From positions 9,954,802 through 10,002,475 of the forward strand of contig NC_069004.1 of NCBI RefSeq assembly GCF_001194135.2: 47,674 bases of DNA, given 5' to 3'. Each line of letters starts with the position of its first letter. Positions within the stretch are counted from its first letter, which is position 1. The position numbers were made by a program, and so were the translations under genes. Shown in pieces: positions 1-12,740 of this stretch. The notes under the pieces are model-generated. The model made no database searches and was not told where the DNA came from. It saw nothing but the letters and a program-made list of their open reading frames with translations. This DNA comes from Octopus bimaculoides (Eukaryota).

Positions 1-28
<28 letters not shown>
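1..28. repeat. (AT)n microsatellite
   Basis: Direct reading. Other long microsatellites: (AT) 8850-8915, (GTA/GTG) 13120-13300, (ATT) 15030-15068, (TG)/(TA) 35100-35170, (AG) 46458-46520, (CT) 47615-47674. Confidence 0.95.
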
Positions 29-31
<3 letters not shown>

Positions 32-506
32 AACATTACATATACGTATGTTTGAGTGTGCGTATGCATGTATACACACACACGCGTACATACATTAATA
101 CTTGGTTTTAAAGAGTGTAGAAAGAGAACAGAATAAATAAATATCGTGCATATAATTTTTTCTTTTATTAGCTGAGATTGTTATATGTATGACTCAAAGG
201 CCTTGTGCCAAGGTTCTTCACAAACTTGAAACCAAAGTTTGACATTTCTTATTTTATACAGATTCCCAAAACTTTATTCCTACAGTCAATTACAAGTACT
301 TTAGCTCGACACTCTGGGACCTTGAGTCACAACTATATCAATTTCAGCTAACAAAAGATTATATATATATATATATATATAAATGTGTGTGTGATGCACA
401 CACATTAGGTGTCTGTTTACATCACTAATTTAAGAGAAATATAAAAACCAAATGACAGTAGCTACAGGCGCAATTCTCACGTATTACATGGACATATTGA
501 ACCTAC

Positions 507-600
507 TATCGTTTTGTAGAATCTTCTTGAATCGTTCTTCAGAAAAGCGAAGTAATCTTTGTCTTCTTTCTCGACGAGCATCTTCCACTGAACCGGCCAT
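507..600 (-). CDS. CAMLG: Probable first coding exon of a CAML/GET2-like ER tail-anchored protein insertase subunit; rest of gene lies left of the window
   Basis: Translates MAGSVEDARRERRQRLLRFSEERFKKILQND, resembling the basic TRC40/Get3-binding N-terminal helix of CAML (human, recalled: [22 protein letters not shown]). A GTAGGT donor follows at 506-501; an alternative GT donor lies 4 nt further. The call rests on about 30 aa only. Confidence 0.5.
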
Positions 601-1951
601 AGTTTCAATCTTTCTACAGGGCTTAGTTGCGTATTTCATCATGGCATAAACATTTAATTCAATTAATGATAATATTTCATTCAATAAATTTTTATTTCGA
701 TACTGAAACACTGGAAGGATTTAAGATAATAATAAAAAAATTCAAGAGAATATATAAGTCAAATTGGAATAATGGCACGATAGTCTTATGAATGGGAAAA
801 GTCGTAATGTTTTATGCAATTCTTTGATGTTGCAACTTAATAAGAATAGATTTTAATAATCTTATGTTCGTTTGAATTTTTAAAATACTTATCTTAAATT
901 ATATTTTAATATATATATATATGTTAGTTCTTGATTTGATTTTAACTTTTTTTATTACCTTGAGATGAAAGAAAGGTAGACGATGCAGAAAGAGAGAGAG
1001 AGAGAGAGAGACAGAGAAAGGTGTTCAGTTGAAAGCTACGAAACGTCGGAATGCTACTGATATATCATCATTTGATGGCCGATGGCGTCCTGTGTTGAAA
1101 CCGATGACACCAAGTACTTCGCTCCTCGAGATGAAAGCTGCTACTTTTCTCTCCACTGGTCGGATAGTAGAGAAACTTATAGGTAATAGAACAGCCACCG
1201 TTCTGATCTATCTTTACGAGCTTTAACTTTCATGACTGAAATACATTTCCAAAAAACGCTTGGTTTCTATGGGTTGAAGAACAGAAAGTTGACAAGTTGT
1301 AGAATGGCAAGAATGATCTACAACTGCCGCCTCCCCCTTTATATTCTACAATCAACACTAATAACAAAGAACTAACTAATCAACCAGTTTCGCTCCCTTT
1401 TTTTTTTTTTTTCAAGAAAAAAACAAACAAACAAACACAGAGAACCATTCGATTGTGAATGTATGTGTGTTTGTGTTTTTGGGTGTTTGTTTGTATATGT
1501 CGTTTTTTTTTCTTCTCTGTTTGCCAGACAATCAATGGTCTGTCTACACATTCCTTTTGTAACTTTACTTTTTTCCTCGTCTCTCTCCTCCCTCTCAGCT
1601 GAGGACAAAAAAAAAAAAACAAAGTGTCAGCAGACTTCCCTTTTTCACTGAGTATAGTTTCAAGAGTCTACTGAAGTGCTTTTGATTGACACTTCTTCTG
1701 CTTCGTTTTCATGTAACCGTCTTCATCACAACAAAACTATAAGACAACAAATGTACGACACAGGACTAAAAACAACAGCAGTAGCAGCAGCAACCGATGT
1801 ACTACACGTAAGACTAACCAACAAACAATAGAAGGAAATACAGCAATACTTGAACGAGTTTTTCGTCATCCTGGCCATTCCTATATTTACGCCTCTGTCT
1901 CTTTAATGTTGATTTGTCTTTAAGATCACAGCGGGGCCGCACCACCTCAAC
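601..1951. promoter_or_regulatory. Candidate bidirectional promoter between the CAML-like gene and SLC25A16
   Basis: Divergent start codons 1.35 kb apart; CpG dinucleotides visibly more frequent than in the downstream gene body. No TSS can be placed. Confidence 0.5.
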
Positions 1952-2039
1952 ATGACAGTTTCAACAGGAAGTGGGGCCTCCACATTATCTCTACCATCTA
2001 CGAATTTTGGGATTACATGGAAAACTTTTGTTGCAGGAG
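1952..2039 (+). CDS. SLC25A16: SLC25A16 (Graves disease carrier, mitochondrial CoA carrier family) exon 1
   Basis: ATG at 1952, MTVSTGSGASTLSLPSTNFGITWKTFVAG-G, donor GTAAGA at 2040; phase 1 joins exon 2 to give FVAGGIAGCCAKT. Confidence 0.88.
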
Positions 2040-3535
2040 GTAAGATATGTTTTTCTTTCTTTGATAGGGTAATCGACTAAATTAAACAAGTAAATTAAAC
2101 TCATAAACTTATCGTTTTCGCACAACATACATTGAATAATGTATCCTTAGATACCCTCAAAATAATAGGACGATCACAACAGGAATGCTTCTTGTCATAG
2201 AACAACACAAACATACGATTCGAGTCACCGATAGAGCCTCTACGCGGTCGCTCGCATTACTAGAAATAGAAGTCAAATCTCTCTCATATTACCGTAGCAG
2301 CTTCAACAGGAGAAGACACGGTAGACCCCGTAATTATATATAAATATATATATATATGTACAACAAAAAATCCGACCATTTTATGTTGTCCCTTCGTCTA
2401 AGAGGGAAACAGATTTTGGTTCCAATAGAATGACACATTTCTCCTCCCCCCCCACCTCTACCCACGCCAAACGAACTTAGAATAACTTATATTCTTCACT
2501 CTAAATTCTGCTGACGCAGCTACCGTCGGTTTCTGCAAAAAGAGTCTTTTTATATCGATAGGATCGTTGACCCCTGTAACGTCTAGTGGTATTTTGGGGC
2601 TACTTCGCCAGCTTGAACCCGTTCTATTCCACCACCACTACTACGATGGCGGTGATGCTAGCGGTGTATGTGTATAGAAAAACAAACTCGCATCAGGCGA
2701 CGAGCGTGCCTATACAGCTGTTGTTCGATCTGCTGGAAACAACAGCCAGATACTCTCTCGTATCGCACTCTAAGTCTCTAAAGAGAGCACATTACTTAAG
2801 GTAATCTTTGATACACTTTCGTCTTTGATCGTTGACCACTCTGTAGGGTTTTTCGGTTTGTTTTTGCTTTCTTTCTCTGACTACAAGGAGTAAGTTCAGT
2901 AAATTAAGACTGTTTTGCATACAGCAGTCTGTCAGTATGTCAGTTCGTAACTTATAAATGGTTGATCTTAAGTCGGCGACCATGGGCTGAACAACAACAA
3001 CAACAGCTCGTGTGTGTATGCTGGCGATCTTTCCTCACATTATATCGAAGGATAGCCGTGTATGCTACTTTGAATGAGTAATATTGTATGACTAACTGAT
3101 TTCCAATATAGACACAAACGCCTTATATTTGGTCTCGGGTAGAGATGGTGGTGCTGGATAGCAGTGATTATATTCAGTCAAAGATTCCCCCCCACCAAAA
3201 AAAAAAAACCTCGAGTTCATGAGTTCGAGAAGTAATTAAATACTGTAAGAAACTTTTACGCTATTGCATTTCGACATTCCTTTGATTTGGGTGCCGAACC
3301 ATCAGCTGTAAAAAACTGGAAAATTTGAGACCCTAATCAAAAGAACGCCTGCATTTCTTTCAACTTTTTATGATCCGAGTTCAAATTCCACCGAGGTCGA
3401 CTTCACCTTTCATCCTTGTGTATTGGGTCGATGTAATTGACTATCCCCCGTCCTCCAAATTTCAGACCTTGTGCCAGTAGTAGAAAGCACTGGGGGTCGA
3501 TAAATTAAGGGAAATACTTGCCAAATTAAGTTCCG

Positions 3536-3704
3536 NNNNNNNNNNNNNNNNNNNNNNNNNNNNNNNNNNNNNNNNNNNNNNNNNNNNNNNNNNNNNNNNN
3601 NNNNNNNNNNNNNNNNNNNNNNNNNNNNNNNNNNNNNNNNNNNNNNNNNNNNNNNNNNNNNNNNNNNNNNNNNNNNNNNNNNNNNNNNNNNNNNNNNNNN
3701 NNNN
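3536..3704. other. Assembly gap (N)
   Basis: Run of N. Confidence 1.
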
Positions 3705-3751
3705 TTTCAGGCCTTGTGCCTATAATAGAAAGGATTATTATTATTGTTATT

Positions 3752-3960
3752 GCAGACGGAATTGTCAACACGACGGGCAAAATGCTTAGCGGTATTTCGT
3801 CCGTCTTTACGTTCTGAGTTCAAATCCCACTGAGGTCGACTTTGTCTTTCATCCTTTCGGGGTCGATAATATAAGTTGCACACTGGTATCGATGTAATCG
3901 ACAAGTCCCCTCGGTTAAAATTTCAGGCATTATTCCTTCAATCGAAATTATTACTTATTA
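3752..3960 (+). mobile_element. tRNA-derived SINE family B (central domain ggtcgactttgcctttcatcctttcggggtcgataaaataagtacc; (att)n tail)
   Basis: Pol III A/B-box-like head (gagttcaaat). Further partial copies at about 3365-3500 and 3965-4125. The central domain resembles the Nin-type SINE domain (from recall, unverified). Confidence 0.75.
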
Positions 3961-5421
3961 TCAAGGCTGCACGTTGGCAGACCTCTTGGCGCGTCAGACA
4001 ATTTATTTTTATTTTGCTTTTATGTTCTTTGTTCAAATTCCACAGACGTCCACTTTACCTTTTATCTTGCAGGGACCGATAAAACTACTTGAGCAGTGGG
4101 GTCGGTGTAATTGACTAGTCCCCTGTAGATTAGAAAAAAATATATAATTATCACTGTATATAATAGTATCTTTATCGCATATAAGCAATAACTGTCATTG
4201 TTAACTGTCGTAATTGCAAACAATTTTGGCGGGTCCCTGCAAAAGATGTGGCGCTTTAAGAATGTATCAAAATGTTGCCAATGGTCTTGTCTTGTCTCAG
4301 TTTTATTCGTAACTTCGTTCATGTATGATGCATCTCTTCTGTTTATAGTGTTTTGTAATCAATTTCGAGGCACTCCTGAAACTATATATATGAGTCATAG
4401 TCTTGCTGAAAATTTAGACTCACCATGACTCTTTGTTGTATTGTACAAACCCCATGTCAACCCCTTTGGAGAAAACCTATGAACATTTCCATTCCCACTG
4501 CGGCAATAGTTGGGGTTTTTGTTTTGTCGGGGAGACTACATTGTCCAATGGGTCCATATTCAATCAAGACGGTAGTGTAATTGAACCATTCTTTGATCAG
4601 AAGTATTCCAGTCATGACCATCCTGTTTTTCATTCTTTTTTAGTCATTGTGTACATTATCCAATATGGTCCGTTCTTGTTTTAAGACACCGGATGTAATT
4701 TCAGGGGAGATTTGATTGCTGGTCAAGTGGAGGCTCCCTTTTCGGTTCGATAGGAATTTTGCGAGGAGGCGGAGGATATACTCCAAATGTCAATAAATGG
4801 GGGATTAATACACGAAGGAGGAGAGAGTGTTTATATAAAAGATTACTAAATAGCGCGAAGTATTTTGCCTGACACCGTTCTTACTGAAACAATAGTAATA
4901 ACATGTCGTCTGTATGGCAGAGGTAAAGAATACGTACAGCAAAAAACCCTAACCCTAATCATCGGGTGAACGTATTCTTTACCCTTTACTTTCGCAGTTT
5001 GTTTTGCTTGTTATATAATTTATTTAGGGACTTGCTATTTTCGTTGTTGCGGTTGTTTAGCCCCTAAATCAACCCCCATCGAGCTGAGACTCATAATCAA
5101 AGGCGACCTGGCCATGCGCTTTCCATATTTTTGTATATCGAAGATTACTTTCTTATTAAGAAGGAAAAAAAAAGAAACAAAAACATTAAACGTATTGGCT
5201 GTTCTTAGCAAGTCAAATAACCGTATAGATCCCACCACCACCACCACCAACTTCCATTATCATCTCATGGTCATTAGTAGTTAGTTCCAGATCATCTTGG
5301 ATACCAATCTAAAGGAACAGGGAGAATTATTCTCTCCCTCCCCCTCACCTGCACAACACCATACAAGAATTGCAGTTCACTTGTGGTTACTACAGACAAT
5401 TCCGATTATCTTTTTTTTCTG

Positions 5422-5819
5422 TTTTATTTTTACTTGTTTCTATCATTGGACTGCAGCCATGGTGGGGGCACCGTCTTTTCAAGGTTTAGTTGAATGAATG
5501 AACCCGAGTACTTTTTCTCTCAGTCTCTCTTTTGTTGAACTGTTAAGTTACGGGTACGAAACCAACACTTGAATGCCCTTCCGGTTGCCAACCCCCCATG
5601 TGTGTCTAAGTGAGCTATTGATCTCTGAGTCCTCGGAAAAACAAACAGCTCGCACATGCTTGCGTGAATAATCGGAAACAGTTGACACTTTATGAACGAA
5701 CCATTTTCTTGATGACACTAGCAGTGGTGGAGGACGAACACACACATAACGATGTGAAACTGAATCCGGAACCATGTGGTTGAGAAACAAATTTCTTGCC
5801 ACCCTGCCATGCCTGCGCC
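5422..5819 (-). mobile_element. tRNA-derived SINE family A, near full length
   Basis: Reverse complement of the 25089-25520 element: head ggcgcaggcatggcagggtggcaag, tail gctgcagtccaatgatagaaacaagtaaaa. Confidence 0.7.
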
Positions 5820-6814
5820 ATAAATAAAATGACTTCTTTTTTTCATCATCATCTTCTCATTTTAATGTCTACTTTTCCATGTTTCTATGGCTCAACGGGA
5901 ATACATTGGGGCAGAGTTTCTTACGATTGAATGCTTTTCCGGTTGCCACCACCACCCCATCTGTTTCCAAGTGATATATTAATCTACCTATCCTCTGAAC
6001 AACAACCGGAAACAAATGACACTGTATGAACGAGCCATTTTCTTTGCAAACATCATGACATGTCAACATGCCTTAACGTGCTTTCGTGGTGGACTGCAAA
6101 TAAACGACACCGTTAGCAAATCTATTGCTTGGAATTTGCAAACGATTACATTTTACGCAATGGAGATGCACTTAACCAAGCACACATTCTTTTGTATCCG
6201 GCGGATTTCGTTCAGTTTCCGTCCGTCTACCAAATTCAGAGAAATCAAGTTTATTACAAATGAAAAGTAAACATTGCCTTTTGCTGTTCATTTTACTCTG
6301 TGCTTGCCTATCACAGCAGAGTCACCTAACAGAAGTACTTGGTGACTTTATATAATAAAACGAGGTGATCTTATGAAGGACTTCTGATGCGACAGAACGT
6401 TTATGCTGTCATCAAAAAGAATGTTTATGTAATTTTATTAGAGCATAATCCCATTAAGCCTCGGGATGTGGTGGTAGATATTTAGCTGTGGCAGTTGTTA
6501 TTACAAACCAAACTCGTGATGATCTTAATTTCATTTTTTTCTTTACCTGTATAATAAAATATAACCACCTCTTATTTCATCCATTTGGTCTACCATAAGG
6601 GATACAAATTTCACCAAGAACACAATATCAAATGTATGTTTAAAATCTGCAAGACAAGAGCCATCGTCCTTTCAAAATAAGAAGTGCAGTCCCGCAGTAT
6701 ATACAAACTGCAGTATATCTTTTACCTTAGATTAATTAATCCCAGTACTTATTTATTTTTGTAAGCCTAAGACATATTCTAACGGTCTCCCCCCCCCCCC
6801 GAACAGCTAAGTTA

Positions 6815-6824
6815 NNNNNNNNNN
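6815..6824. other. Assembly gap (10 N) with duplicated flanks
   Basis: tctccccc...gaacagctaagtta occurs on both sides: an unmerged contig overlap. Confidence 0.95.
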
Positions 6825-7194
6825 TCTCCCCCCCCCCCCGAACAGCTAAGTTATAGTGACATAAACAAACTAGCGCCAATTGTCAAGTGGGTTGGACGGT
6901 TTGACAGGAGCTGTCCAGGATCCAGTTGTCTGTTTTGGCATGCTTTCTATGACTGGATTGCCTGGTGCTTTTTACGTGTCACTAGCATGGGTGCTTTTAC
7001 GTGGCACTGGCACACAAATGCAATTTTATGTGACACCTGCACGAGTGCAATTTTACGTGGCACTAGCACCCACAAGACAAAAATTTCTTGGCTGTGAGAG
7101 GGAATTGGGCATGACCATAAAGGACATGCCTATATGTATGGATGGCTGCAATTTTACTTAGTTGGACATGTTTTCTCAACTACACACACATATT

Positions 7195-7358
7195 ACAATG
7201 GGCTTCTTTCAGTTTCCACCTACCACATCCACTCACAAGGCTTTGGTCAGCCCAGGACTATAGTAGAAGACATCTTGCCCAAGGTTGCATGCAGTGGACT
7301 GAACCCAGAACCATGTGGTTGAGAAACAAACTTTTTACCACACAACCACATCTGCACC
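7195..7358 (-). mobile_element. SINE family A, 5' half
   Basis: Contains cttgcccaaggttgcatgcagtggactgaacccagaaccatgtggttg, a motif shared with copies at about 12250-12740, 18155-18320, 19555-19810, 32950-33060 and 38475-38660. Confidence 0.75.
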
Positions 7359-7375
7359 TATATACATATACATAC

Positions 7376-8400
7376 TAGGGTGGCCCTTAGCAATAGGTAA
7401 TTTTCCAAAAGTTAAAATCTTGCTGCTCCCACCCCCTAATCCTTTTCCAATCAACAAAAAAAGAACAGGGTATGCAAAATTTCAGCTCAGTAGGACAACT
7501 GCTTGGTGACCATCAAATGCCTTGAAGTTAGAACATACTATATATACACAACAATTAATTCTGTTCAAAAGCAGTATACTGTTCCCTGTCTTGACTATGC
7601 TCTTTTTTCTTCTTAGAGAAATTTGTGTGGATACATCCAGGCAATCCCAGCAAATGTTTAAAAACGTTCTGAATCAAATTTACCAATAGTTAATTTGAAA
7701 AATTCATGAAATAATGTGAAAAACTTAAGAAATATTAGATTATCTTAATAAAACACACAACTTCTATGAGAGAAACACATTTTCAGTTACAGCAATAATT
7801 TCCATAGAATCAAAAGCATAATGTGAACACTGAATATTGAACATTATTTTTGATTAAGAGAGGGTTTAGTGGCAGTTGGATATGTTTTATGGATTTCAAT
7901 AACGATCTGTAAAACAAATTGTTTCCCCAGTTTCATCTTTTGTAAGAATATTATTGTAATCCTGAACGAATTTGACACCTCTTTCTGAGACATCATTCAC
8001 AATAATTATCTTCTCAAGTTTTTCAAGTCCACTTTTCTAACCAGGATCATCTTTCCATGTTGAAGGGTCTTTGTTAAGAAAATCGGTGCTGATAGAAAAT
8101 CTTGTGAAGAAAGTTTTTTGTACCAGGAGTTACAAAACTCAAATGTTTGTAAAGGAAGAGAAGTTATTTTGCTGCAGAATGTACCTCTTCCGTTGACTCT
8201 TTTTTTTCTTCCTCTTCACCTTTGCTTCCAGCATAACTTGAGCAATATTTTCCTTAACCTCTGTTGGAACATTGTCTTCAAATACGGATAGAGCCACAGT
8301 TTTTAACCAAGGTTAAAAAGAACACCCTGCTACCCATAAAGGGAGACATTGTATGCCAGGCCTCAACCTGCTACATGAAACACATACTCTGAATATGATC
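7376..8400 (-). mobile_element. Degenerate 3' part of a hAT-superfamily DNA transposon (hATm-like), transposase pseudogene
   Basis: Minus-strand frames give WLKTVALSVFEDNVPTEVKENI...FLNKDPSTWKDDPG*KSGLEKLEKIIIVNDVSERGVKFVQDYNNILTKDE/KQFVLQIVIEIHKTYP...* (end about 7844), with a stop and frameshifts. TAGGGTGGCCC at 7376 looks like the TIR. The hATm label is from recall of the VNDxxERGV motif and TAGGGTG ends. Confidence 0.65.
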
Positions 8401-8843
8401 CTCTCTGTGTAATATAAGCTTATCAACTGTTTAATACTCTCATCAAATGTTATGGCTGTACACATCTCTACTTTGTACTTATAAGCTTGACTTGATATCC
8501 ATCCATCTGTCTATCTATCGATTGATCAATCGATGGAACATGACCTTGGGATTTCTGGAGATAACTCGATGTCTCACACACACATCTAGGCCCTCTCCCA
8601 CTTCCCCCTCTCTCTTTCATATATATATATAAAGAGGGAGAGAAAAAGAGAAAATATGAAAGAACACAGATTTGCTTTACAGGATTTAAGAGTATATTAA
8701 AGCCATGATAATAAAGATATACGATTTTGTACAAAATAAGGTTTTGTTCTTTCAACATAATTGAAGTAAGGACTGGTTTCGCATTGCTCATTAAAAATAT
8801 TTTCTATCTTATATATATGTATGTATGTGTGTATATATACATG

Positions 8844-8918
<75 letters not shown>

Positions 8919-10539
8919 AAAGAGAAAACAGGAGGAAATAGACATGCTCTTCCTGAGCTTTGAGTTTACTAGTAAATAGGTGAATATTTATAGACAAATA
9001 GAGTTAATATATGATGCTAAAGTAAATAGCAACTGTTATCTGGACAGTGTTACAGGGTTCTGAATGTCAATAAGTAAATGATAAGAGAGTGAAAGAGAGA
9101 GGAGAATGGCATAGTTTTTTTAAGTTTCTTTTTTTGAGGGAGAGAAGAGAGAAAAAAATAACACTTGATGGCTGTACACATCCCTTTGTTGTCACATGCC
9201 CACCCACACCAAGTAGGCAATAAAGATTTTCTGGTGGAGGAAAATAAAGATTATAATGCTTTCGCGGACTATAACAATTAATAGGTTAATAATTATATTT
9301 GTTGTTAATAAAGGGAATATGATATAATGTGTAAACGAATATAAAATAAAAACAAATAATAAGATCTTATCATTGGTGTGAGACCATGTCATGGGGGTGG
9401 TGGTGGTGTCTGTGAATATCAGCGAGTGAATAATAGGGAAGAAGTGAAAGAGTGATTGAAAGAGGAGAATGGGATATGACCTTGGATTTTCTGGAGAGAA
9501 CTCAATGTTTCACACACACACACATACACATCTAGGCTCTCTCTCTCTCTCTTTCCCTCTTCCCCATCTCTCTTTTTTCACACCATGCATATGTGAATGG
9601 TCCACCATAACATGTGGGTATTCTGGTACAGGATTGATTGATTCTAGGTGCATCACTAATGGATTATTGATTTCTATAAATATTTGGGAGGCCTATTGAT
9701 TTCTTTTTTTTTATTTCTTCTTTTCATTATTTCTGGATTTCCCTTTTGGAAGTGGTCTCTTAGTGCTTTATATTGCAGTGATTGGCATTGATGTCTAGTG
9801 TTCCTGTTGCTGTTGTTGTTGTTTGACATCCAGATCAAACAGATCTGTGATCGATGGGTAATCAGTTAAACAATTGATGAAATGGCATCCTCCTTAAAAT
9901 CAGTCTTAATTCTTTTGTTTTTCATGCATAGTGTATTGTTTTTTGTTTTTTTCTTGTGTCCTTCAACTCCTAAGGCTAGTTACCCAGTTTCCTTGGCATA
10001 TAAGCGACCAAGATCACAACAGACCCCTGAATGGCATGCTGCTGTGTTTCAGGGTTCAAGGTTTACTTGTCTGATGAGGGTACACAGGCACATGCATCAC
10101 AACCACATGTATGTAACATGGTGGTCAGGATAAACAGTACTTGACCTTGCAGATGGAGCCCAGTTAGAATTTTGTTTGGGATGAGTAGCCCATCTCACTC
10201 AAAAGGTTCTGAATAAGGGTTGTTTAAGGATGAAGAATGAAATACCATTTCCGGAGATGAATTATTCAAACCCCAAAGAATTCCTCTCAACACATGGTTA
10301 TGATACTCCCCTACTACTCCTGTTCATGATCAGAGATGCACATATCATCAGCCACTTAAGTATGTGGCCAACTGGTTAAAGTCAAGCATCTGACAAGCAA
10401 ATCTGTAATATTGAGCAGAATATTTGCTGTAGCCCATCTTTTATACCAAGACAAAACATGTACAGTAACGCTTCCAATCAATTAAGATGAGAAGCCATGA
10501 GAGCCACTGCCTGGTGCCATTATTATACTTAAGGCATTC

Positions 10540-10900
10540 CACCAAGGTCAACTTTACCTTTCATCCTTTAGGGTTGATAAAATAAGTACCAGTTGAGCAC
10601 TGGGGTTGATCAAATTGGCTTAACCCCTCCTCTGAAATATCTGGCCTTATGCCAAAATTTGAAACCTTTATTATACTTAAGGCAGTGAGCTGGCAGAATC
10701 ATTAGCATGCTGGACAAACTGCTTAGCAGCATCTTTATATTTCGAGTTCAAATTCTGCCAAAGTTGACTGCACCTTTCATCCATTCATGGGTCAGTAAAA
10801 TATATACCAGTTAAATATTGGGGTCGATGTATTCAACCAGCCTCTTCTCCAAATATTTCAGGCCTTGTGTCTATAGTAGAAAGAATTATTATTATTATAT
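10540..10900 (+). mobile_element. Two tandem SINE family B copies (partial plus full), CpG-decayed
   Basis: ggtcaactttacctttcatcctttagggttgataaaataagtaccag, then a second copy starting aaggcagtgagctggcagaatcattagc with an (att)n tail. Confidence 0.75.
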
Positions 10901-10934
10901 TTTTTATATATAATGTCTGTTCCTTCTTTATCAG

Positions 10935-11027
10935 GTATTGCTGGATGCTGTGCAAAAACTACAGTTGCTCCACTGGACAGAGTGAAAATCTTGCTTCAAG
11001 CCCACAACCGACATTATCGACACCTAG
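10935..11027 (+). CDS. SLC25A16: SLC25A16 exon 2 (93 nt)
   Basis: tcttttatcag-type acceptor, (G)IAGCCAKTTVAPLDRVKILLQAHNRHYRHL(G), GTAAGA donor; carries carrier signature 1 (PLDRVK). Confidence 0.97.
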
Positions 11028-11639
11028 GTAAGAATATTTCTTGGTTTCAGGCAATTTTTTTAAAACTTGGACAACTGTCTTAATAGGTAGTGTCTTCTAC
11101 AGAAATAGGGAATGGTTTTGAAATGTTTGCCCCTGCAGTGTAGACATAAGAAAACTCAGAACTCCCATCCTCACATCCCAGCAAACAACATTGCCCTACA
11201 TGAATAGGCCAAGATATCACAAAACTTGTCTTTAAAATGACTTAACGGATCCTATCAGGTGGTGCTATTAAGTCAGACATGGCCTGGGCGAGTCTTGAGC
11301 CAGTCTTTGGCCAAAACATATCTGAAAAGAGATAAATTGTGATAAACAGGTGGCTCCTCAACATTCAAATAGAAGTGAGGAGGGGATGATCACTGTAACA
11401 TGCGAGTGGAGAGAAGTATATTAATATTGGTTTTAAATTTTTTGACACAAGGCCATCAATTTGGAGGAGAGGAGTTGATTACAGCAACACCAGCTGGTAT
11501 TTATTTTATCAATCCCAAAAGGATGAAAGGCAAAGTTGGTAGAAATGCCGCTATACATTTTTTCAGGGATGGTAAAGACTCTGTCAGCTCGCTGCCTGGA
11601 GAACAATATTAATATGTTTATTATTTTTTTTTCTTCTAG

Positions 11640-11773
11640 GTGTTTTTTCTTCCTTACAACATGTCATTCATAAAGAAGGTTTTCTGGGGCTCTACAAAGG
11701 AAATGGTGTTCAGATGCTACGGATTTTCCCATATTCTGCTATTCAGTTTGGTGCTTATGAAGAATTTAAAAAG
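11640..11773 (+). CDS. SLC25A16: SLC25A16 exon 3 (134 nt)
   Basis: Poly-T/ctag acceptor, (G)VFSSLQHVIHKEGFLGLYKGNGVQMLRIFPYSAIQFGAYEEFKK, GTAAAT donor. Confidence 0.97.
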
Positions 11774-12249
11774 GTAAATAAATTACACATTTATTTTTTT
11801 TCTCTCCCCTACTGTTTTCACTTTTACTCCTTTCTCTCTCACTCTCTCATATATTTTGAGGTATTTTGACCATAAAATTGTCAAAATTGTTTAATGTCCA
11901 TATTCTTCATTGTTTCTTTATTTTATTTGTCCTCTTCAAATGATCAAGTATTCCAAACATTGTCAACCTCCTCTCCTTAATTCCTGTATTTCTTTTCTTG
12001 TTTTCCAAGAATATCTGAGTAAAGAACAGTCAGTTTTATAGCTTCTTGCTGTTGTATATAATATACAAGAATTCTTTGATACACAAAATATTTGAAAAGA
12101 TTAAACTTTATATTTACATATATCTCTAATGATTGGTAAAATAAGCAACAGTGATGTGGTGAAGTTCATTCAAGTGATTGTGTCCCCTTTCTGACAAATG
12201 CGACTTTGTACTAAACATTAAAATCAATGCTGTTCTTCTATCTTTTGTC

Positions 12250-12471
12250 ATTTGTCTTTTGCTTGTTTCAATCATTGAACTGCAGCCAAGCTGGAGTGCA
12301 ACCTCGAAGGGTTTACTCAAACTAATCACCCCCGGTACTTATTTTATTTAAGTCTGGTACTTATGCTGTTGGTCTCTTTTGCCAAACTGATAAGTTACTG
12401 GGATGTAAACAAACCAACACAGACTGTCAAACGGTGGAGTACACAAACCTACAAAACTCACACATATCTAT

Positions 12472-12521
<50 letters not shown>

Positions 12522-12740
12522 GTTTATCTATACACACACACATATATATATACATTCACACACACACACACACACACACATAATGGTCTTCCTCACAGTA
12601 TCCATCTGCAAAATTCACTCACTCACAAGGCATTCATTGGTCCTGGGCTGTAGTAGAAGATGCCTGCCCAAGGTACCATGCAATGGGACTGAACCCGAAA
12701 CCACATGGTTGCAAAACAAGCCCCTTAACCACACAGTCAT
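12250..12740 (-). mobile_element. SINE family A, full length, with internal (ATCT)n/(CA)n
   Basis: Colinear with the reverse complement of 25089-25520. Confidence 0.75.

Noticed and set aside
6787-6854. Direct repeat around a poly-C tract
   Set aside because: It flanks a 10-N gap: an unmerged contig overlap.
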